Notes: generated from the letters alone by a model not told the origin. 64,000 bases of DNA from an uncultured Chloroflexia bacterium (GCA_963797095.1 CAWCNY010000006.1:736001-800000), one strand, 5' to 3'; positions 29,151 through 40,814 are shown, counted from the first letter of the stretch. Program-made: numbers and translations.

Positions 29151-31793
29151 CTAGTGAGTGACCCTGTATTCGAGGATTTTGTCACCCGACGTCACAAAAA
29201 GCATGCCGTCGGGACTGTAAGCTAGCCCCTGAGGGTTATCGGGCCGTGGGCCGTTGCCCCTGTACTGCGCCAGCTGCACGTAGTTGTCCTGCGTATTGAC
29301 AGACAGCAGACCTGTGTCGCAGCTTCCTTCTATCCACTGGTCTGCTACAGGTGAGTCCACGAAATAGTCCGGTATGCAATAAAGCTGGTAGGTGGCAATC
29401 ACATCATCATTCTGGTCCAGCTTCTGGATGCGCTTGTAAGTCTCCGTTGTATAAACATATCCGTCAGCATCCACGGCCACCCCACGCGGGTTATTGAGAA
29501 TCTCGTCCTCGCCATTGTAGACGGTCAAAGGCTCGCCCCCTGTTTTGGCGTATCTGAGCACAGAGCCGAGCAATTGGTCGGCCAAGTACATTGTGCCATC
29601 GTCACCGAAGTAGAGGGCTTTTCCGAGAGGGGTCTTGCCATCCAGGGCTATTTGACGCACCACTGTGCCGTCCGGCTGTATAGCGAACAGGGCCTGGTCG
29701 CCCTCGCCGTTGTTGAGCACGTACAGCAGCCCGTCGGGACCAATCGTTACGCTGCTTGGGTGCTCCCACACTATGGGCTTGCCGTTCTCCGCCTTCGCTT
29801 CCAGGCGGGAATAATCACCGGTTGTGGTGTCGAGAACACCTATGTAGCCTGGGAGCCAACCGTCCTCCTGCCGCTCGCCGAAGGCGGGGATGTAGACCTT
29901 CCCATCAAGGTAGGCGATGGCCCCGTTGTTGGGCAGCTGCTCAGGCAGTATCCAGTGTGTGACATATTGGAACGTGGTTTTGGGGTGCAGGAAGTCGTAA
30001 TTGATAATACCCCACCCCGCTATTATCAACGCTACAATCACCAGGGATACCGTCAGAAGCCGGGCATTCGACCGCCCTGCCACAGTGCTTCGACTTGGCG
30101 CTACTTTATCCAGGCGCAACAGCAATAGCACGCCGACAAGGACGATCAGCATGCTCACCAGCAGCAGCCACCCGGTGCGCAAAGGAAACCATACCTCGTC
30201 AGGGCTGTTGAACCTGGGCACGAACGGGCGCAGGTCCACATGCAATGGAGAATGCTCGTTGGTGGCTATCCATTCGAAGACGGCGCTCCAGGCCCCCGAC
30301 CACATGGTGAGGGGGTTGTAGAGCATAACCGCCATGAAGATGAAGCCGGGCAGAGCAAGCAGCGCATAGAGCACCTTGTACACTACGCTCCCCGCGAGCG
30401 CGGCCAGCGATACCGCCATAGGCGCGGCGAGCAGCGGCACAAGTGTGGACGCGTAACGCGCCGGGGGGCACCAGTCGCCTCCCCACGAGCTATAGGCCGC
30501 GATCATCGCCATGTATGGTAGAGATGCCAGCGTGATCCACCCCAGCAGCCGCCGGTCGCTTCCTCTGCCGGTCCGGAACATCGCGAATACGCCCACCAGG
30601 GCCAGCAGGTAGATCGGCGTAAAGGTAAGCAGGCCGAAGCGCTGGCTGAAGAGAAGGCCAAACGCCCCTGTGAGGAACTGCTTCAATTCATACCTGCCAT
30701 CCCACGGCCAGTAAAACTCTCCCACCCCCGACCCGCCGCGCTCGTCCGAAGGAGGCACCACAGTTCCATACAGGAAGATATGGTAGGCCAGCAGCACGAC
30801 CGCCAGCACCACTATGGGAGCCAGGAACGCTATGATCCTTAAGAAATCACGCGAGACACCCTGAAATGCGACTCGGCGCATCAACTTCAGCCTGGCCCCG
30901 GTTTTCAACGTGGGCAGGTCCTCTGGCGCGATGCTACGCCACCACTGGACCAACATGTATAAGAACAGCGCGGCGGAGATAGGAAGGCATCTTTCCGCGA
31001 GCCAGGGTATGAAGCCTATACAGAAACCGACGGCGAGCAAGCGCAACGGCCCATTGGCTTTCCAACCGAGCGCAAGCCTCCGAAACGCGTAGATCACGAG
31101 CAGGCCGGTGGGTAATTCAGAAAAGATGAGGTAGGAGTAGCTCATGATCGGGCCGGTGAACGCCAGCGCGGCCCATACCACCCAGGCCACCCACTGGCGG
31201 CCTGTGACCTCGTATGAAAGGAGGAAGATGTTCGTAGATACCAGCGCCCCTACCAGGCACATGAAGATGGTGGTAGCGGGCCACCATAGCTGGAACCACC
31301 CACCTATGATCCAGGCGGGTACCAGCATAGCGCCCAGGCCGGGCGGGTGGAAGCCGTATATCTCTTCGGGTGGGCGTGCCGAAGATTCGGCCATCTGGGG
31401 GGTCAGAGGATAGGGCGCACTTATGCCGACGTAATCGTCCGGTTGAGGGGCCAGGCTATAGAACTTGTCCTCGTCCAGGTTGTTGTAATTGTTGCTCAGC
31501 TCAAGGTCGCCGTCTTGCGCCAGGCTGATGGTGTCCATCAGATAGAAGGCCTGGTCTCCCGTGGGCGGATTGCTGTACTTGATGATCTGGGGAATGAAGG
31601 CCAGGTAAATAAGAAACGTAAGCGTAAAGCACAGAGCGATCCACCGGGATGGCAGGGCGGTGGCACCCCCTGAGTCGGCGTGATTCGGCACCGTAGGGAG
31701 GAGCGCCATGATGCGCTGCAATTGATAGTGGAGTCTGGTAGTGGTGAGAAGCGTTGTGGCGAATCGGTTTTCGGGCTTTTTTGGGCTAACCAT
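29151..31793 (-). CDS. GT-C-like membrane protein + NHL propeller, paralogue of 23165..25948
   Basis: YSNPPTGDQAFYL...DGDL, WCPPARY, LNNPRGVAVD; start uncertain (31793 or 31709). Confidence 0.75.
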   Translation of the reverse strand: MVSPKKPENRFATTLLTTTRLHYQLQRIMALLPTVPNHADSGGATALPSRWIALCFTLTFLIYLAFIPQIIKYSNPPTGDQAFYLMDTISLAQDGDLELSNNYNNLDEDKFYSLAPQPDDYVGISAPYPLTPQMAESSARPPEEIYGFHPPGLGAMLVPAWIIGGWFQLWWPATTIFMCLVGALVSTNIFLLSYEVTGRQWVAWVVWAALAFTGPIMSYSYLIFSELPTGLLVIYAFRRLALGWKANGPLRLLAVGFCIGFIPWLAERCLPISAALFLYMLVQWWRSIAPEDLPTLKTGARLKLMRRVAFQGVSRDFLRIIAFLAPIVVLAVVLLAYHIFLYGTVVPPSDERGGSGVGEFYWPWDGRYELKQFLTGAFGLLFSQRFGLLTFTPIYLLALVGVFAMFRTGRGSDRRLLGWITLASLPYMAMIAAYSSWGGDWCPPARYASTLVPLLAAPMAVSLAALAGSVVYKVLYALLALPGFIFMAVMLYNPLTMWSGAWSAVFEWIATNEHSPLHVDLRPFVPRFNSPDEVWFPLRTGWLLLVSMLIVLVGVLLLLRLDKVAPSRSTVAGRSNARLLTVSLVIVALIIAGWGIINYDFLHPKTTFQYVTHWILPEQLPNNGAIAYLDGKVYIPAFGERQEDGWLPGYIGVLDTTTGDYSRLEAKAENGKPIVWEHPSSVTIGPDGLLYVLNNGEGDQALFAIQPDGTVVRQIALDGKTPLGKALYFGDDGTMYLADQLLGSVLRYAKTGGEPLTVYNGEDEILNNPRGVAVDADGYVYTTETYKRIQKLDQNDDVIATYQLYCIPDYFVDSPVADQWIEGSCDTGLLSVNTQDNYVQLAQYRGNGPRPDNPQGLAYSPDGMLFVTSGDKILEYRVTH

Positions 31794-32036
31794 AATCGAG
31801 TTTACCAGGCTAAAGATGGCTTATAGACAGCGAAAATAGACGGGGAGTCAAAGAATACCGCATAAACCCGTCCGGGCGCTTTGCACCACTACTTTCAGAC
31901 GCGATATCCTAGACTACATGGGCCACCCGCATATCCCAGGTAGATAAATATCTAGCTCGAAGCCCATTATACACACCCTGCCAGAGCTTTGTGAAGCTTT
32001 CCGTATGGGGAATTCGGGGGATAGGCGTATAGGAAA

Positions 32037-33035
32037 TCAGTATGCCCAGCGGAGGAGCACTGAACCAACTGTGAAGCCTGCGCCAACGGCAGAGAGGAGC
32101 GCCAGGCTACCCTTCTTGAGGCGGCCATCATCGATGGCGTCGCCTATGGCGAGCGGTATGGTGGCGGCGGTGGTGTTGCCGTACTTGTGAATGTTGGTGA
32201 CCACCTGCCGCTCGGAAAGTGCCAGTCGCTCGGCGGCGGCGTTGATTATGCGGATGTTGGCCTGGTGAGGGATGAAAAGGTCCAGGTCTTCGCTGTTCAA
32301 CTCGTTTCTTGCCAGTATTTTGCGGCTGGTCTCCTCCATCTTGGTCACGGCGAACTTGTATACGGGCTGGCCGACCTGGTGGACGAAATGCATTCTGGCG
32401 TCTATAGTCTCATGCGTAGGCGGATGGAGGCTGCCGCCCGCAGGCATGTACAGGTACTGGCCGCCCGAGCCGTCGATCTCATGCAGGCAGTCAATTATGC
32501 CCGCGTCCTCGCCCTGCTCGGTTGGCTCAAGGAGCACTGCCCCCGCCCCGTCGCCGAACAGAACGCAGGTTGTGCGGTCTTCCCAGTTGACGATACTTGA
32601 CATAACATCCGCACCAACAACCAGCACTTTACGATGCGCCCCGCTCTCGATGAAGCGCGCCCCAACCGTGAGGGCGTAGGTGAAGGCCGAGCAGGCGGCT
32701 GAAATATCGAAGCCCCAGGCGGAGCGCGCGCCGATCTTGTCCTGGATCACACAGGCGGTCGCTGGGAAGAACATATCGGGCGTGACGGTGGCGACGACGA
32801 TTAGCTCGATCTCGTCGGCGCTGATGCCGCGCTTATCGAGGAGATCGCGTATAGCCTGAACCGCCAGGTCGGAGGTAGGAGTGCCGGGCTCGACAAGGCG
32901 GCGCTCCCGGATGCCTGTGCGCGTGACGATCCACTCGTCGTTGGTGTCTACGATCTTCGCAAGGTCGTCGTTGGTGACCACCCTCGGCGGCACATAGCTG
33001 CCCACGGCAGTGATCTTGGCCCTCTGCTTCTCCAA
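32037..33035 (-). CDS. fabH: beta-ketoacyl-ACP synthase III
   Basis: AACSAF, FGDGAGA, PHQAN, GNTTAA; TTG start after GGGAGGG. Confidence 0.95.
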   Translation of the reverse strand: MEKQRAKITAVGSYVPPRVVTNDDLAKIVDTNDEWIVTRTGIRERRLVEPGTPTSDLAVQAIRDLLDKRGISADEIELIVVATVTPDMFFPATACVIQDKIGARSAWGFDISAACSAFTYALTVGARFIESGAHRKVLVVGADVMSSIVNWEDRTTCVLFGDGAGAVLLEPTEQGEDAGIIDCLHEIDGSGGQYLYMPAGGSLHPPTHETIDARMHFVHQVGQPVYKFAVTKMEETSRKILARNELNSEDLDLFIPHQANIRIINAAAERLALSERQVVTNIHKYGNTTAATIPLAIGDAIDDGRLKKGSLALLSAVGAGFTVGSVLLRWAY

Positions 33036-33121
33036 TATGCCCTCCCTCGTTCGAAATGAAATGCTCTCGCAGGGAGAGCAAAGGAGATCACACGATGCCA
33101 CTGCACCCCGTAGCGGTCGCT

Positions 33122-35647
33122 CTAGATCGCTCCGCCCGTGTCGCGCTGCACATCGTAGACGCCACGAATCCCGCGCAGGCGGTCCATGACGCTGTAAAGC
33201 TGTTCAACACCGCTAACTTCGAGGGCCATTATCAGGGAAGTGGTGGCGGCTGCGGGTTTCTTCTGGGTGTGGATGCTGTTGATATTTACCTTCTCGTCGG
33301 CGAGCATGGTAGTCACGTCGCGCAGCAGTCCAGCGCGATCCAGTGCCTCGATGCGCACCCCGGCCGGGTATTTGGTAAGCCGCCTGTCACCCCACGAAAC
33401 ACGCATCAGCCTGCCTGTGTCCTGCACGTTGGCAAGGTTGGTGCAATCCGAGCGATGGACTGTGATCACCCGGTTCTTGGTGACATACCCGATGATCTCG
33501 TCGCCCGGCATCGGCTTGCAGCAGCGCCCAAGCTGCATCAGCACGCCCTTCATATCCCCGATCTGCATCGTATCGGTGGAGGTGTCGGGCAGTGATGTGC
33601 TCAGGTTGGTGGGGACCCTGACGGCCTCCACGTCACCTTCCGGCAGCAACTCCTCGTGCTTCTGCTCGGCCAGTTTAGACGTGATGTTGGTCTGCGAAAG
33701 ATCGCCGCTGCCGATGGCCTCGTACAGGTCGTCCAGGTCTTTGTACCTGGGGAAATACTCAAGCATATCGGCCAGGCTGAAATTGACCAGTCCCAGGTGC
33801 TTGATCGTCTGGTCCAGGATGTCGCGGCCCTGCGCGATCTTCTCGTCGCGGCGCTGGCGGCTGAACCACTGGCGCACCTTCTGGCGGGCGTTGCCCGTCT
33901 TGAGGAAGCGGTCCGATTGGAGCCAGTCGCGGGATGGGCCTGCGCGGTTCTTGTCCTTCAGGATTCGCACCACCGCCCCGTTTTCGAGGGGCGTATCGAG
34001 AGTGATCAGGCGGTCGTTCATCTTGGCCCCACCAACCTGGTGGCCGAGGTCTGTGTGGATACGGTAGGCGAAGTCGATGGGGGTCGCACCCTTCGGTAGC
34101 TCCACGATATCGCCTTGCGGAGTGAAAACGTAGATGTGCTCCTGGAACACATCGGTCTTGAGCGATTCCACGAAATCCTGGGCCGATTCGACCTCGTTGC
34201 GCCACGACATAAGCCTGCGAAGCCATGCGATCTTCTGCTCGTACTTGGCGTCGCGCTTGCCCCCTTTTTGCTCTTTATAGCGCCAGTGGGCCGCGATCCC
34301 ATACTCGGCGATCTCGTGCATCTCGTGGGTGCGTATCTGTATCTCCAGCGGCTTGTTGTCCAGGGCCCACACCGCCGTGTGCAGCGACTGGTACATCAAC
34401 TCCTTGGGTCTTGCTATGTAATCGTCGAACTCGTTGGGGATGGGGGGCCATAGCGCATGGATCACACCCAATGCCGCGTAGCAGTCCTTGACCGTATCGA
34501 CAATAATACGCACGGCCAGCACGTCGTAGATATGCTCGACGGGGCGGCGCTTGCGCTGCATCTTCTGCCAGAGCGAATAGACGTGCTTGACGCGCCCCTT
34601 GATCTCCGCCTTGATATCGGCTTTCTCCAACTCGGCGTTCAGCAGCGCGATCACCCGCTTGAGATAGCGGTCGCGGGGGGCTTTGGTGTCTTTGAGGAGA
34701 TCTGTTAGCTCGTGGTAGCGCGGCGGATCGAGGTACATGAAGGAGAGGTCTTCAAGCTCGCCTTTGATCTGCCACATACCGAGCCGGTTGGCGAGTGGCG
34801 CGTAAATCTCAAGCGTTTGAGCAGCGATCCGCTCCTGCTTCTCAGGGGGGAGGCCGCTGAGGGTGCGCATGTTGTGCAGTCGGTCGGCCAGCTTGATGAG
34901 TACCACGCGTGGATCATCGAACATCGCGAGGAACATCTTACGTAGGTTCTCGGCCTGCTGCTGGTGGCTGTCTCCCTGCGGGCGAGTCTTCTCCTTCGTT
35001 TGCGCAGCACTCTCCGCGACTCCGTCGCCCGCTTCGGCTTTCCTTCTTTCGGCCTTCTGCTCGCTTTCGCGTTGCAGCTTGCTGACCGTGCCGAGCTTGG
35101 TCACGCCTTCAACCAGGTTGGCGACCGTGGTGCCGAATTGTTTGACGAGATCTTCGTTGGTGGCGGCGGTGTCCTCGATGGTGTCATGAAGGATGGCAGC
35201 CTCGATTGTCTCCAGGTCGAGGTGCATCTCGGCGAGGATGATCGCCACGTTCGATGGGTGGGTGATATAAGGCTCGCCTGTGCCTCGCATCTGCCCTTCG
35301 TGGGCCATCTCGGCGAACTGGTACGCCTTGCGCAGGCTGTCGATATCGGCGTTGGGGTTGTAGGAGCGGACCAGCTTGATCAGGGTGTCGAGGGCGGCTT
35401 TGAGCGCTTGCTGGGTGCGTGCCGCGGATGGCTGAGTACGCCCGTGCGAATCGGCTGACGGGCGTGCCTTTACCTCGCTCTTCACAGGTTCTTCGATGGC
35501 ACTAGCAGGCCGCGCTCCGTTCTGGCCCTCCGTGAGGCCGTTGTAGGAGGGGTGGGGTGTAACGTTCGCGGGTTGCTCCGATTTTGCCTGGGGAGCTGTC
35601 GCTTGCGCTTCCGCGAGGTCGCCCATTTGGAGGTCGGTTGCGCTCAT
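33122..35647 (-). CDS. rel: bifunctional (p)ppGpp synthetase/hydrolase
   Basis: [34 protein letters not shown] domain, [11 protein letters not shown] domain. Confidence 0.95.
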   Translation of the reverse strand: MSATDLQMGDLAEAQATAPQAKSEQPANVTPHPSYNGLTEGQNGARPASAIEEPVKSEVKARPSADSHGRTQPSAARTQQALKAALDTLIKLVRSYNPNADIDSLRKAYQFAEMAHEGQMRGTGEPYITHPSNVAIILAEMHLDLETIEAAILHDTIEDTAATNEDLVKQFGTTVANLVEGVTKLGTVSKLQRESEQKAERRKAEAGDGVAESAAQTKEKTRPQGDSHQQQAENLRKMFLAMFDDPRVVLIKLADRLHNMRTLSGLPPEKQERIAAQTLEIYAPLANRLGMWQIKGELEDLSFMYLDPPRYHELTDLLKDTKAPRDRYLKRVIALLNAELEKADIKAEIKGRVKHVYSLWQKMQRKRRPVEHIYDVLAVRIIVDTVKDCYAALGVIHALWPPIPNEFDDYIARPKELMYQSLHTAVWALDNKPLEIQIRTHEMHEIAEYGIAAHWRYKEQKGGKRDAKYEQKIAWLRRLMSWRNEVESAQDFVESLKTDVFQEHIYVFTPQGDIVELPKGATPIDFAYRIHTDLGHQVGGAKMNDRLITLDTPLENGAVVRILKDKNRAGPSRDWLQSDRFLKTGNARQKVRQWFSRQRRDEKIAQGRDILDQTIKHLGLVNFSLADMLEYFPRYKDLDDLYEAIGSGDLSQTNITSKLAEQKHEELLPEGDVEAVRVPTNLSTSLPDTSTDTMQIGDMKGVLMQLGRCCKPMPGDEIIGYVTKNRVITVHRSDCTNLANVQDTGRLMRVSWGDRRLTKYPAGVRIEALDRAGLLRDVTTMLADEKVNINSIHTQKKPAAATTSLIMALEVSGVEQLYSVMDRLRGIRGVYDVQRDTGGAI

Positions 35648-35779
35648 CTGGTTGCCGGTAGAGAATATAATAGCGCACACGACATTGTGTGTAGATTTAA
35701 TTGTAGCTTATTGCGTGGGGGGTGTCAAACAGTAAGGCCGCTTTGACGCCTGAATCGTGGTTATTGTGACGCGCTACTT

Positions 35780-35995
35780 TCAAACCGAGTCGCGTACCCT
35801 CCACAGGCTGATGAACAGCAACGCCACCACTACAAGCGGCAATATGTACGCCCCATAATCGCTTATTGTCGAGCCTATGGTTCGCACGCCCACGTAGAGC
35901 AGCGCCAGGATCAGAACCACCCCTGCGGCCACCTCCCAGGCGTCGCCCACGATGAAATCATACCAGAATGCGAAGAAGCCTTTGATGTATTTCAT
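35780..35995 (-). CDS. small membrane protein coupled to the upstream gene
   Basis: MKYIKGFFAFWYDFIVGDAW...; ATGA overlap at 35992-35995. Confidence 0.75.
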   Translation of the reverse strand: MKYIKGFFAFWYDFIVGDAWEVAAGVVLILALLYVGVRTIGSTISDYGAYILPLVVVALLFISLWRVRDSV

Positions 35996-36762
35996 ATCTC
36001 GGTCACCGTCTTGCCTCTCCCAGCGCCAGGCGCAAGCCGCTGTCTCAAAGCCATGATCAGCAGCCCCGCTACTACCACGTAGAACACCATCAACCCCAGG
36101 ATCGCCAGGTCTTCGCCCGGCCATTCCAGTCCTATACCTTCTCCCGCCCAGAACGTGCCGAAACCTGTGAGCATGATGCCTACCACAAATTTCAGCGTGT
36201 TCTCAGGTACCTGGCTGAGCGGCCCCTGCACAATCACAGCCAGCACAATAACGAGGATGGCAGCCGCAATCGAGCCGAGCAGGGCAGGCGTGATATCTCC
36301 CGCCGTCAGGCCGAATGTAATGACTATGAAGACCACCTCCAGCCCTTCAAGCAGTACCCCCTTGAAGGCTACCGTGAAAGCGGTCCAGTCGAGCGCACCA
36401 GCGGCGGGAGCAGACTCGGATTTTAGCGCGGTCACTTCGCGCTGGTATATCCTTGTCTCGTCATGGATCTCTTTAAGGCCCGTGTAGCGCATGATCGCCT
36501 TGCGTAGCCACTGCAATCCGAATATTAGGAGCAGGGTTCCGATCACGATTCGCAGGGCATCTATGGGAATGAAGGATTCGAGGGCAGGCCCGAGGACGGC
36601 AACCAGGGCGGCCAGCACTACGGCAGCCGAGATCACCCCGGTCCAGGTGCTGCGCCAGCCTCGCGTTACGCCCACAGCCAGCACAATCGTTACAGCCTCC
36701 ACTACTTCGACGCCGCTTGCAAGGAAACTGGATACCAGCCCGATCCACCATTGTGTGTTCAT
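35992..36762 (-). CDS. COG4280-like membrane protein with two ExxE motifs (putative metal transporter)
   Basis: VEVVEAVTIV and LEGLEVVFIV repeats, 6 TM. Confidence 0.75.
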   Translation of the reverse strand: MNTQWWIGLVSSFLASGVEVVEAVTIVLAVGVTRGWRSTWTGVISAAVVLAALVAVLGPALESFIPIDALRIVIGTLLLIFGLQWLRKAIMRYTGLKEIHDETRIYQREVTALKSESAPAAGALDWTAFTVAFKGVLLEGLEVVFIVITFGLTAGDITPALLGSIAAAILVIVLAVIVQGPLSQVPENTLKFVVGIMLTGFGTFWAGEGIGLEWPGEDLAILGLMVFYVVVAGLLIMALRQRLAPGAGRGKTVTEI

Positions 36763-36827
36763 AATGATTTGGTCCTCAAGGTTAGCGTCAGGTCAAGATG
36801 GCAGAAGATGTAAATCCCCAACTATTC

Positions 36828-38780
36828 TTACCGAAGATATAGCCAGTAGGAACTGAGGCGGTTTTCGGCCTCTATGGAGAGCACCCCCTGCTCAAGCACC
36901 AGGTCATTTGCACCATCGTAGCTGCGCAAGTGGAGATTGCCGCCATAAGTATACGCGAAGATGGTATCGCCGAGTGCGAACTGTGGGCGCTCGGCGGGGT
37001 CCTCGGAGAAGAGGCTGTATATCTGGCTATACGCAAGTGTGGGGGTGATGGTGCCGCCGGTCATCAGCGTGCGTTGCGCGCTGATGACCGAGATAGTGAT
37101 GAGAGGCTCGGCAGTCCTTGCATCGAAGAGGTAGGTTGCAATCGCCAGCGTGTCCGGTCCCTTCCTGATCGCCAGAGGCATGGTGTTGCTTTCAACCGCG
37201 ATATCTTCTAGCCGGTACGCGCCGCCCGGCTCCATTGTGACCAGGCTCAGGGTGCCGGTCTGCGGCACCTTTGACGACATGTATTCAAAGCCGGCAAGCA
37301 CTATGTCGTTGCTGTCTTCAGGAAGCACTAGCCAGGTCCTAGAGCCTGTGTCGCTGGGTGTGGCCTGGGCGATCTGGCGCAGCCCGTGATCGCTGCCGGT
37401 TGGGTACGATGGCTTTAGCAGTTGGATCAGGGTATGGTCTGTCCGGAAATGGGTTAGTATTATGTCCCCAGCGAAAGGCCCGGCTGTCACGAAGGATGAG
37501 TTGATGGGCGCCTGGGACGATGCTAAGGAGTCGTCCGGCACGAGCTCGTCCAGTATTACCTGCGGGGTGGGGACATCCGAGGTGTCCTGAAGATCGATCA
37601 GTAGGATAGACTGTCGCTCGGCCGGGTCGCCTTCCTGCACCGTGAATGTATGCACCATCACGTAGCGCCCATCGGGGCTGAACTGCGCGCTGACCAGGCC
37701 GCCCGCCTTGTGCGTGTAGATGAGCCGGGCGTCGTTCGTTCCTGCCACAGCCAAATAGAGATTCACCACGGTGTCAGGCCCCACGCTTGTTGGCTTGCTG
37801 CTCGTCCACCCCGCCACCAGGTAGCGGCTACTGCTTGGGTCTATGTTTACCACTACGCTCCTGGCTCCTGCTACACCGGGCATTGGGGCATAGCCTACTG
37901 TGACGGTGGGTGCGCTGCTGTATGGCTGGTAGGCGATTTCAGCGTCCGCGAATCCCTCGCGCACTACGTTGCTGATCCCGATGTAGCCGTTGTTGTAATG
38001 TATCCCCCAGACACCCGTGGTACCGGCCAACAGCGAATAGTAGCTGGGGTCCAGCGATAAGTCCACGTATTCGATGGTGTCGCTCAGGGTGTGGTGCGCG
38101 TAGATCAGGTGGCGGCCCCTGAGGCCATTGTCGTTGGGCTTGAGTGGAACCCAGCCTTCGTCGGGTGCGTCGTAGATGAATTGCCCGTCGATAAAACTCG
38201 TTTGCAAGGCGCTGAACCTGTCGCTATCGTTGAGATAGGTCCAGCCTTTGGCGGTCCTGTAGTACAGGCCCTGCGGATTCACCCCGGTTCTCAGAGTGAC
38301 GGTGCCGCTCAGGACGCCTGTGTAAATCCGGTCGAGGGTGGTTTGCTCCATCTGTGGCAGGTCGCGGTAATCGGGCTGGATTCTGGCGGCTTCGCGGATC
38401 TTGCTGAGCGCTCCAACCCAATTGCCCTGATTGGAGTAAGTGGTCGCCTGGGTATAGAGTTGATTGCGCGTGTCGATCTGCCTCTGGGCGCTCTGGGCCA
38501 GCTCGTCGGCGTTGCTGTAGCCTGAGGCTTCGCGATAATCGTGCAGGGCTGTATCCCAGTCGTTGCGGCCCTCGGCTTCCTGCCCGGCTCGGTACTGGCT
38601 CGATTGGTAGCTCTGGTGCCACCACTGCCACCCTGCGAAAAGGATCACCGCCAGCAGGAGAGGTATACCGAGCAGCAAGTCAAGCCGCAACCCCGGCCAG
38701 CGCCGCCGGGCAGGTTCCGGATCGAGGTCTTCGATAATGGAGATTTCGTTGTAATTGTCAGGGCGTTCCTGGCCGCTCAT
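36828..38780 (-). CDS. IEDLxPEP family TM-TPR-propeller protein, copy 2
   Basis: ISIIEDLDPEP, WQWWHQ, FSPDGRY, SYDGANDLVLEQGV. Confidence 0.8.
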   Translation of the reverse strand: MSGQERPDNYNEISIIEDLDPEPARRRWPGLRLDLLLGIPLLLAVILFAGWQWWHQSYQSSQYRAGQEAEGRNDWDTALHDYREASGYSNADELAQSAQRQIDTRNQLYTQATTYSNQGNWVGALSKIREAARIQPDYRDLPQMEQTTLDRIYTGVLSGTVTLRTGVNPQGLYYRTAKGWTYLNDSDRFSALQTSFIDGQFIYDAPDEGWVPLKPNDNGLRGRHLIYAHHTLSDTIEYVDLSLDPSYYSLLAGTTGVWGIHYNNGYIGISNVVREGFADAEIAYQPYSSAPTVTVGYAPMPGVAGARSVVVNIDPSSSRYLVAGWTSSKPTSVGPDTVVNLYLAVAGTNDARLIYTHKAGGLVSAQFSPDGRYVMVHTFTVQEGDPAERQSILLIDLQDTSDVPTPQVILDELVPDDSLASSQAPINSSFVTAGPFAGDIILTHFRTDHTLIQLLKPSYPTGSDHGLRQIAQATPSDTGSRTWLVLPEDSNDIVLAGFEYMSSKVPQTGTLSLVTMEPGGAYRLEDIAVESNTMPLAIRKGPDTLAIATYLFDARTAEPLITISVISAQRTLMTGGTITPTLAYSQIYSLFSEDPAERPQFALGDTIFAYTYGGNLHLRSYDGANDLVLEQGVLSIEAENRLSSYWLYLR

Positions 38781-38801
38781 GCTGCCTTCTCTCTGTGATC
38801 C

Positions 38802-40814
38802 TTAGCGCAATACCCCCGCATAATAACTGAACGTAAGGCTATTCGAGATCGTGACTACTCCTGACTCCAGCACCAGGTCGACCTGCCCATCGTAGCTTCG
38901 TGCGTGCAGTTCACCATCTTTCGCGTACGCCATCAATCTATCGCCCATATTGACGCTGTCCAGCACGTTCCATGGCGGATCGCTCGAATCTCGGGCGTCG
39001 CGGGTTGTGTATATTTGTTGCGGTCCTGCTGTGCTGTCGCTATTGTAGGTCCGGTGCAGGCTGAACACCGAAAGGGCAGGAAGGCGCATGCCCTGGCCTT
39101 CGTACTCGCGGACGGCCCAGGCGATGTGGCAGTTGGTTGTAGCGGCTGCCTGAATCTCGCCGTCTCCCGTCACGCCTGCCTTATAGACCTCAGGTTCGCG
39201 ACCCGGTTGAAACAGGATCAGGGCGCATTGGGCGAAAGTGAACAGGCCATTGTCAAGGCTGCGACCCATCAGCATCAATCCATCGCCATTCTGCTCAACC
39301 ACGCGCCAGGTGTAGTCAATTGACCCGTCAACCGGTGCATCCGCAACTGCATAATCGGCTTCCAGGCCTGTCATCGCCTTTGCGGGGTCAATAATGCGGG
39401 CCGTAGCATGCCCCGATCCCGATTGAATGTCGTCGAGCGGCACATCATATTCGTTTTCGACGAGCAGAAGCTTGCCTGCATAAGCCCCTCTATCAATGAA
39501 GGCTGAGGCCAGCGTTTCAATCGGCCCCGACCAGGGGTTAGCGTTTGCGTAGGCCGTTGCCAGCATATGCTCCTGCCCGTCGCCGTCCAGGTCTACGAGC
39601 AAGACAGTGGATGTCTGGTAGGTGTCCGATCCCCAAGAGTATTCTTCGTATTTATGCACCAGCAGGTACCGCCCATCGGGGCTGACGGAGGCGCTTTGCA
39701 GGCTGCCGCCATACTGCGTGTATACAAGGCGTCTGGTGCTTTCTCCGGCGGCGCACAGGTAAAGGTTGATAATCGTGGCGTCGCTGGGACCATAGGAGTG
39801 CGCGCCTGTCCACTCGGCCAGAAGATAGCGGTTGCTGTCAGGATCGATGGCGACGATACTGGAGCCTGTGGAGATATCCTCGGTTGCCGTCATTTTGACG
39901 GTGGCTCCCACCTCCCCAGAATAGGGCTGGTATACCGTCTCCGAGGCCGGTAGCGGATCGTGGACTACAGGGTTGGGCTGGTTATCAACCCCGGTTGAGT
40001 TTACATAATGCAAAGCCCATAAGCCTTCCTTACCTGCCACGAATGGCAGGAAGTAGCTGGGGTCTATAGGCATCTGCGTGAACCGCAGGCTGTTCCCGAT
40101 AGGCTCGGCGGACATGATCAACCGCCCGCGATAGGTATCGCTAGCCCGGCTGACAGTGCCTGGATTCGGCGTGGGAGTAGTGGTTAGCGTCGTATTCGGT
40201 ACATCGTATATGATGTGACCATCCTCTCTCGACGAGAAAATGACCGTGCGAGTATCGCTCCCTTGCAGCCACACCCACCCGGAAGGCGAGCGGTAATAGA
40301 ATCCAGGCGGATCTGCCGTATCTCTGAGCGCAATCGTACCGCTCAGGGCGTCCATGTACACGTTGTCCAGCGCGGTCTCTTCGCGTTCCGACAGGTCTTT
40401 GTAATCCGGCTCAATTTTGGCGGCGGCCCTGATATCGCGCAAGGCCGGTAGCCACTGCCCTTTGTCGGCATAATCCTTAGCCGAATCATAGAGACGGTCG
40501 CGCTCGTTGATCTGCTGCTGAGTGCTTTTCGCGAGGGCATCGGCGTCGTTGTAGCCGGAAGCCTGCAAGAAATAATGCAGGGCGCTATCAAGGTCGCTAC
40601 GGTTGGCGGCATCTCGCCCCGCCTGGTACTGGCTCGATTGGTAGCCCTGGTACCACCACAACCAGCCGGCGAACAGTACTATCCCAACAATCAGGAGGAT
40701 GCCCAGCATCAAGTCGGCACGTGCCACAGGCTTAGGCTCGCGGGCAGGTTCTGGGTCCAGGTCTTCGATCATAGAGATCGAATCATCGAAATCAGAATCG
40801 TTCGGCTGGGTCAT
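38802..40814 (-). CDS. IEDLxPEP family TM-TPR-propeller protein, copy 3
   Basis: ISMIEDLDPEP, VSPDGRY, SYDGQVDLVLESGV. Confidence 0.8.
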   Translation of the reverse strand: MTQPNDSDFDDSISMIEDLDPEPAREPKPVARADLMLGILLIVGIVLFAGWLWWYQGYQSSQYQAGRDAANRSDLDSALHYFLQASGYNDADALAKSTQQQINERDRLYDSAKDYADKGQWLPALRDIRAAAKIEPDYKDLSEREETALDNVYMDALSGTIALRDTADPPGFYYRSPSGWVWLQGSDTRTVIFSSREDGHIIYDVPNTTLTTTPTPNPGTVSRASDTYRGRLIMSAEPIGNSLRFTQMPIDPSYFLPFVAGKEGLWALHYVNSTGVDNQPNPVVHDPLPASETVYQPYSGEVGATVKMTATEDISTGSSIVAIDPDSNRYLLAEWTGAHSYGPSDATIINLYLCAAGESTRRLVYTQYGGSLQSASVSPDGRYLLVHKYEEYSWGSDTYQTSTVLLVDLDGDGQEHMLATAYANANPWSGPIETLASAFIDRGAYAGKLLLVENEYDVPLDDIQSGSGHATARIIDPAKAMTGLEADYAVADAPVDGSIDYTWRVVEQNGDGLMLMGRSLDNGLFTFAQCALILFQPGREPEVYKAGVTGDGEIQAAATTNCHIAWAVREYEGQGMRLPALSVFSLHRTYNSDSTAGPQQIYTTRDARDSSDPPWNVLDSVNMGDRLMAYAKDGELHARSYDGQVDLVLESGVVTISNSLTFSYYAGVLR

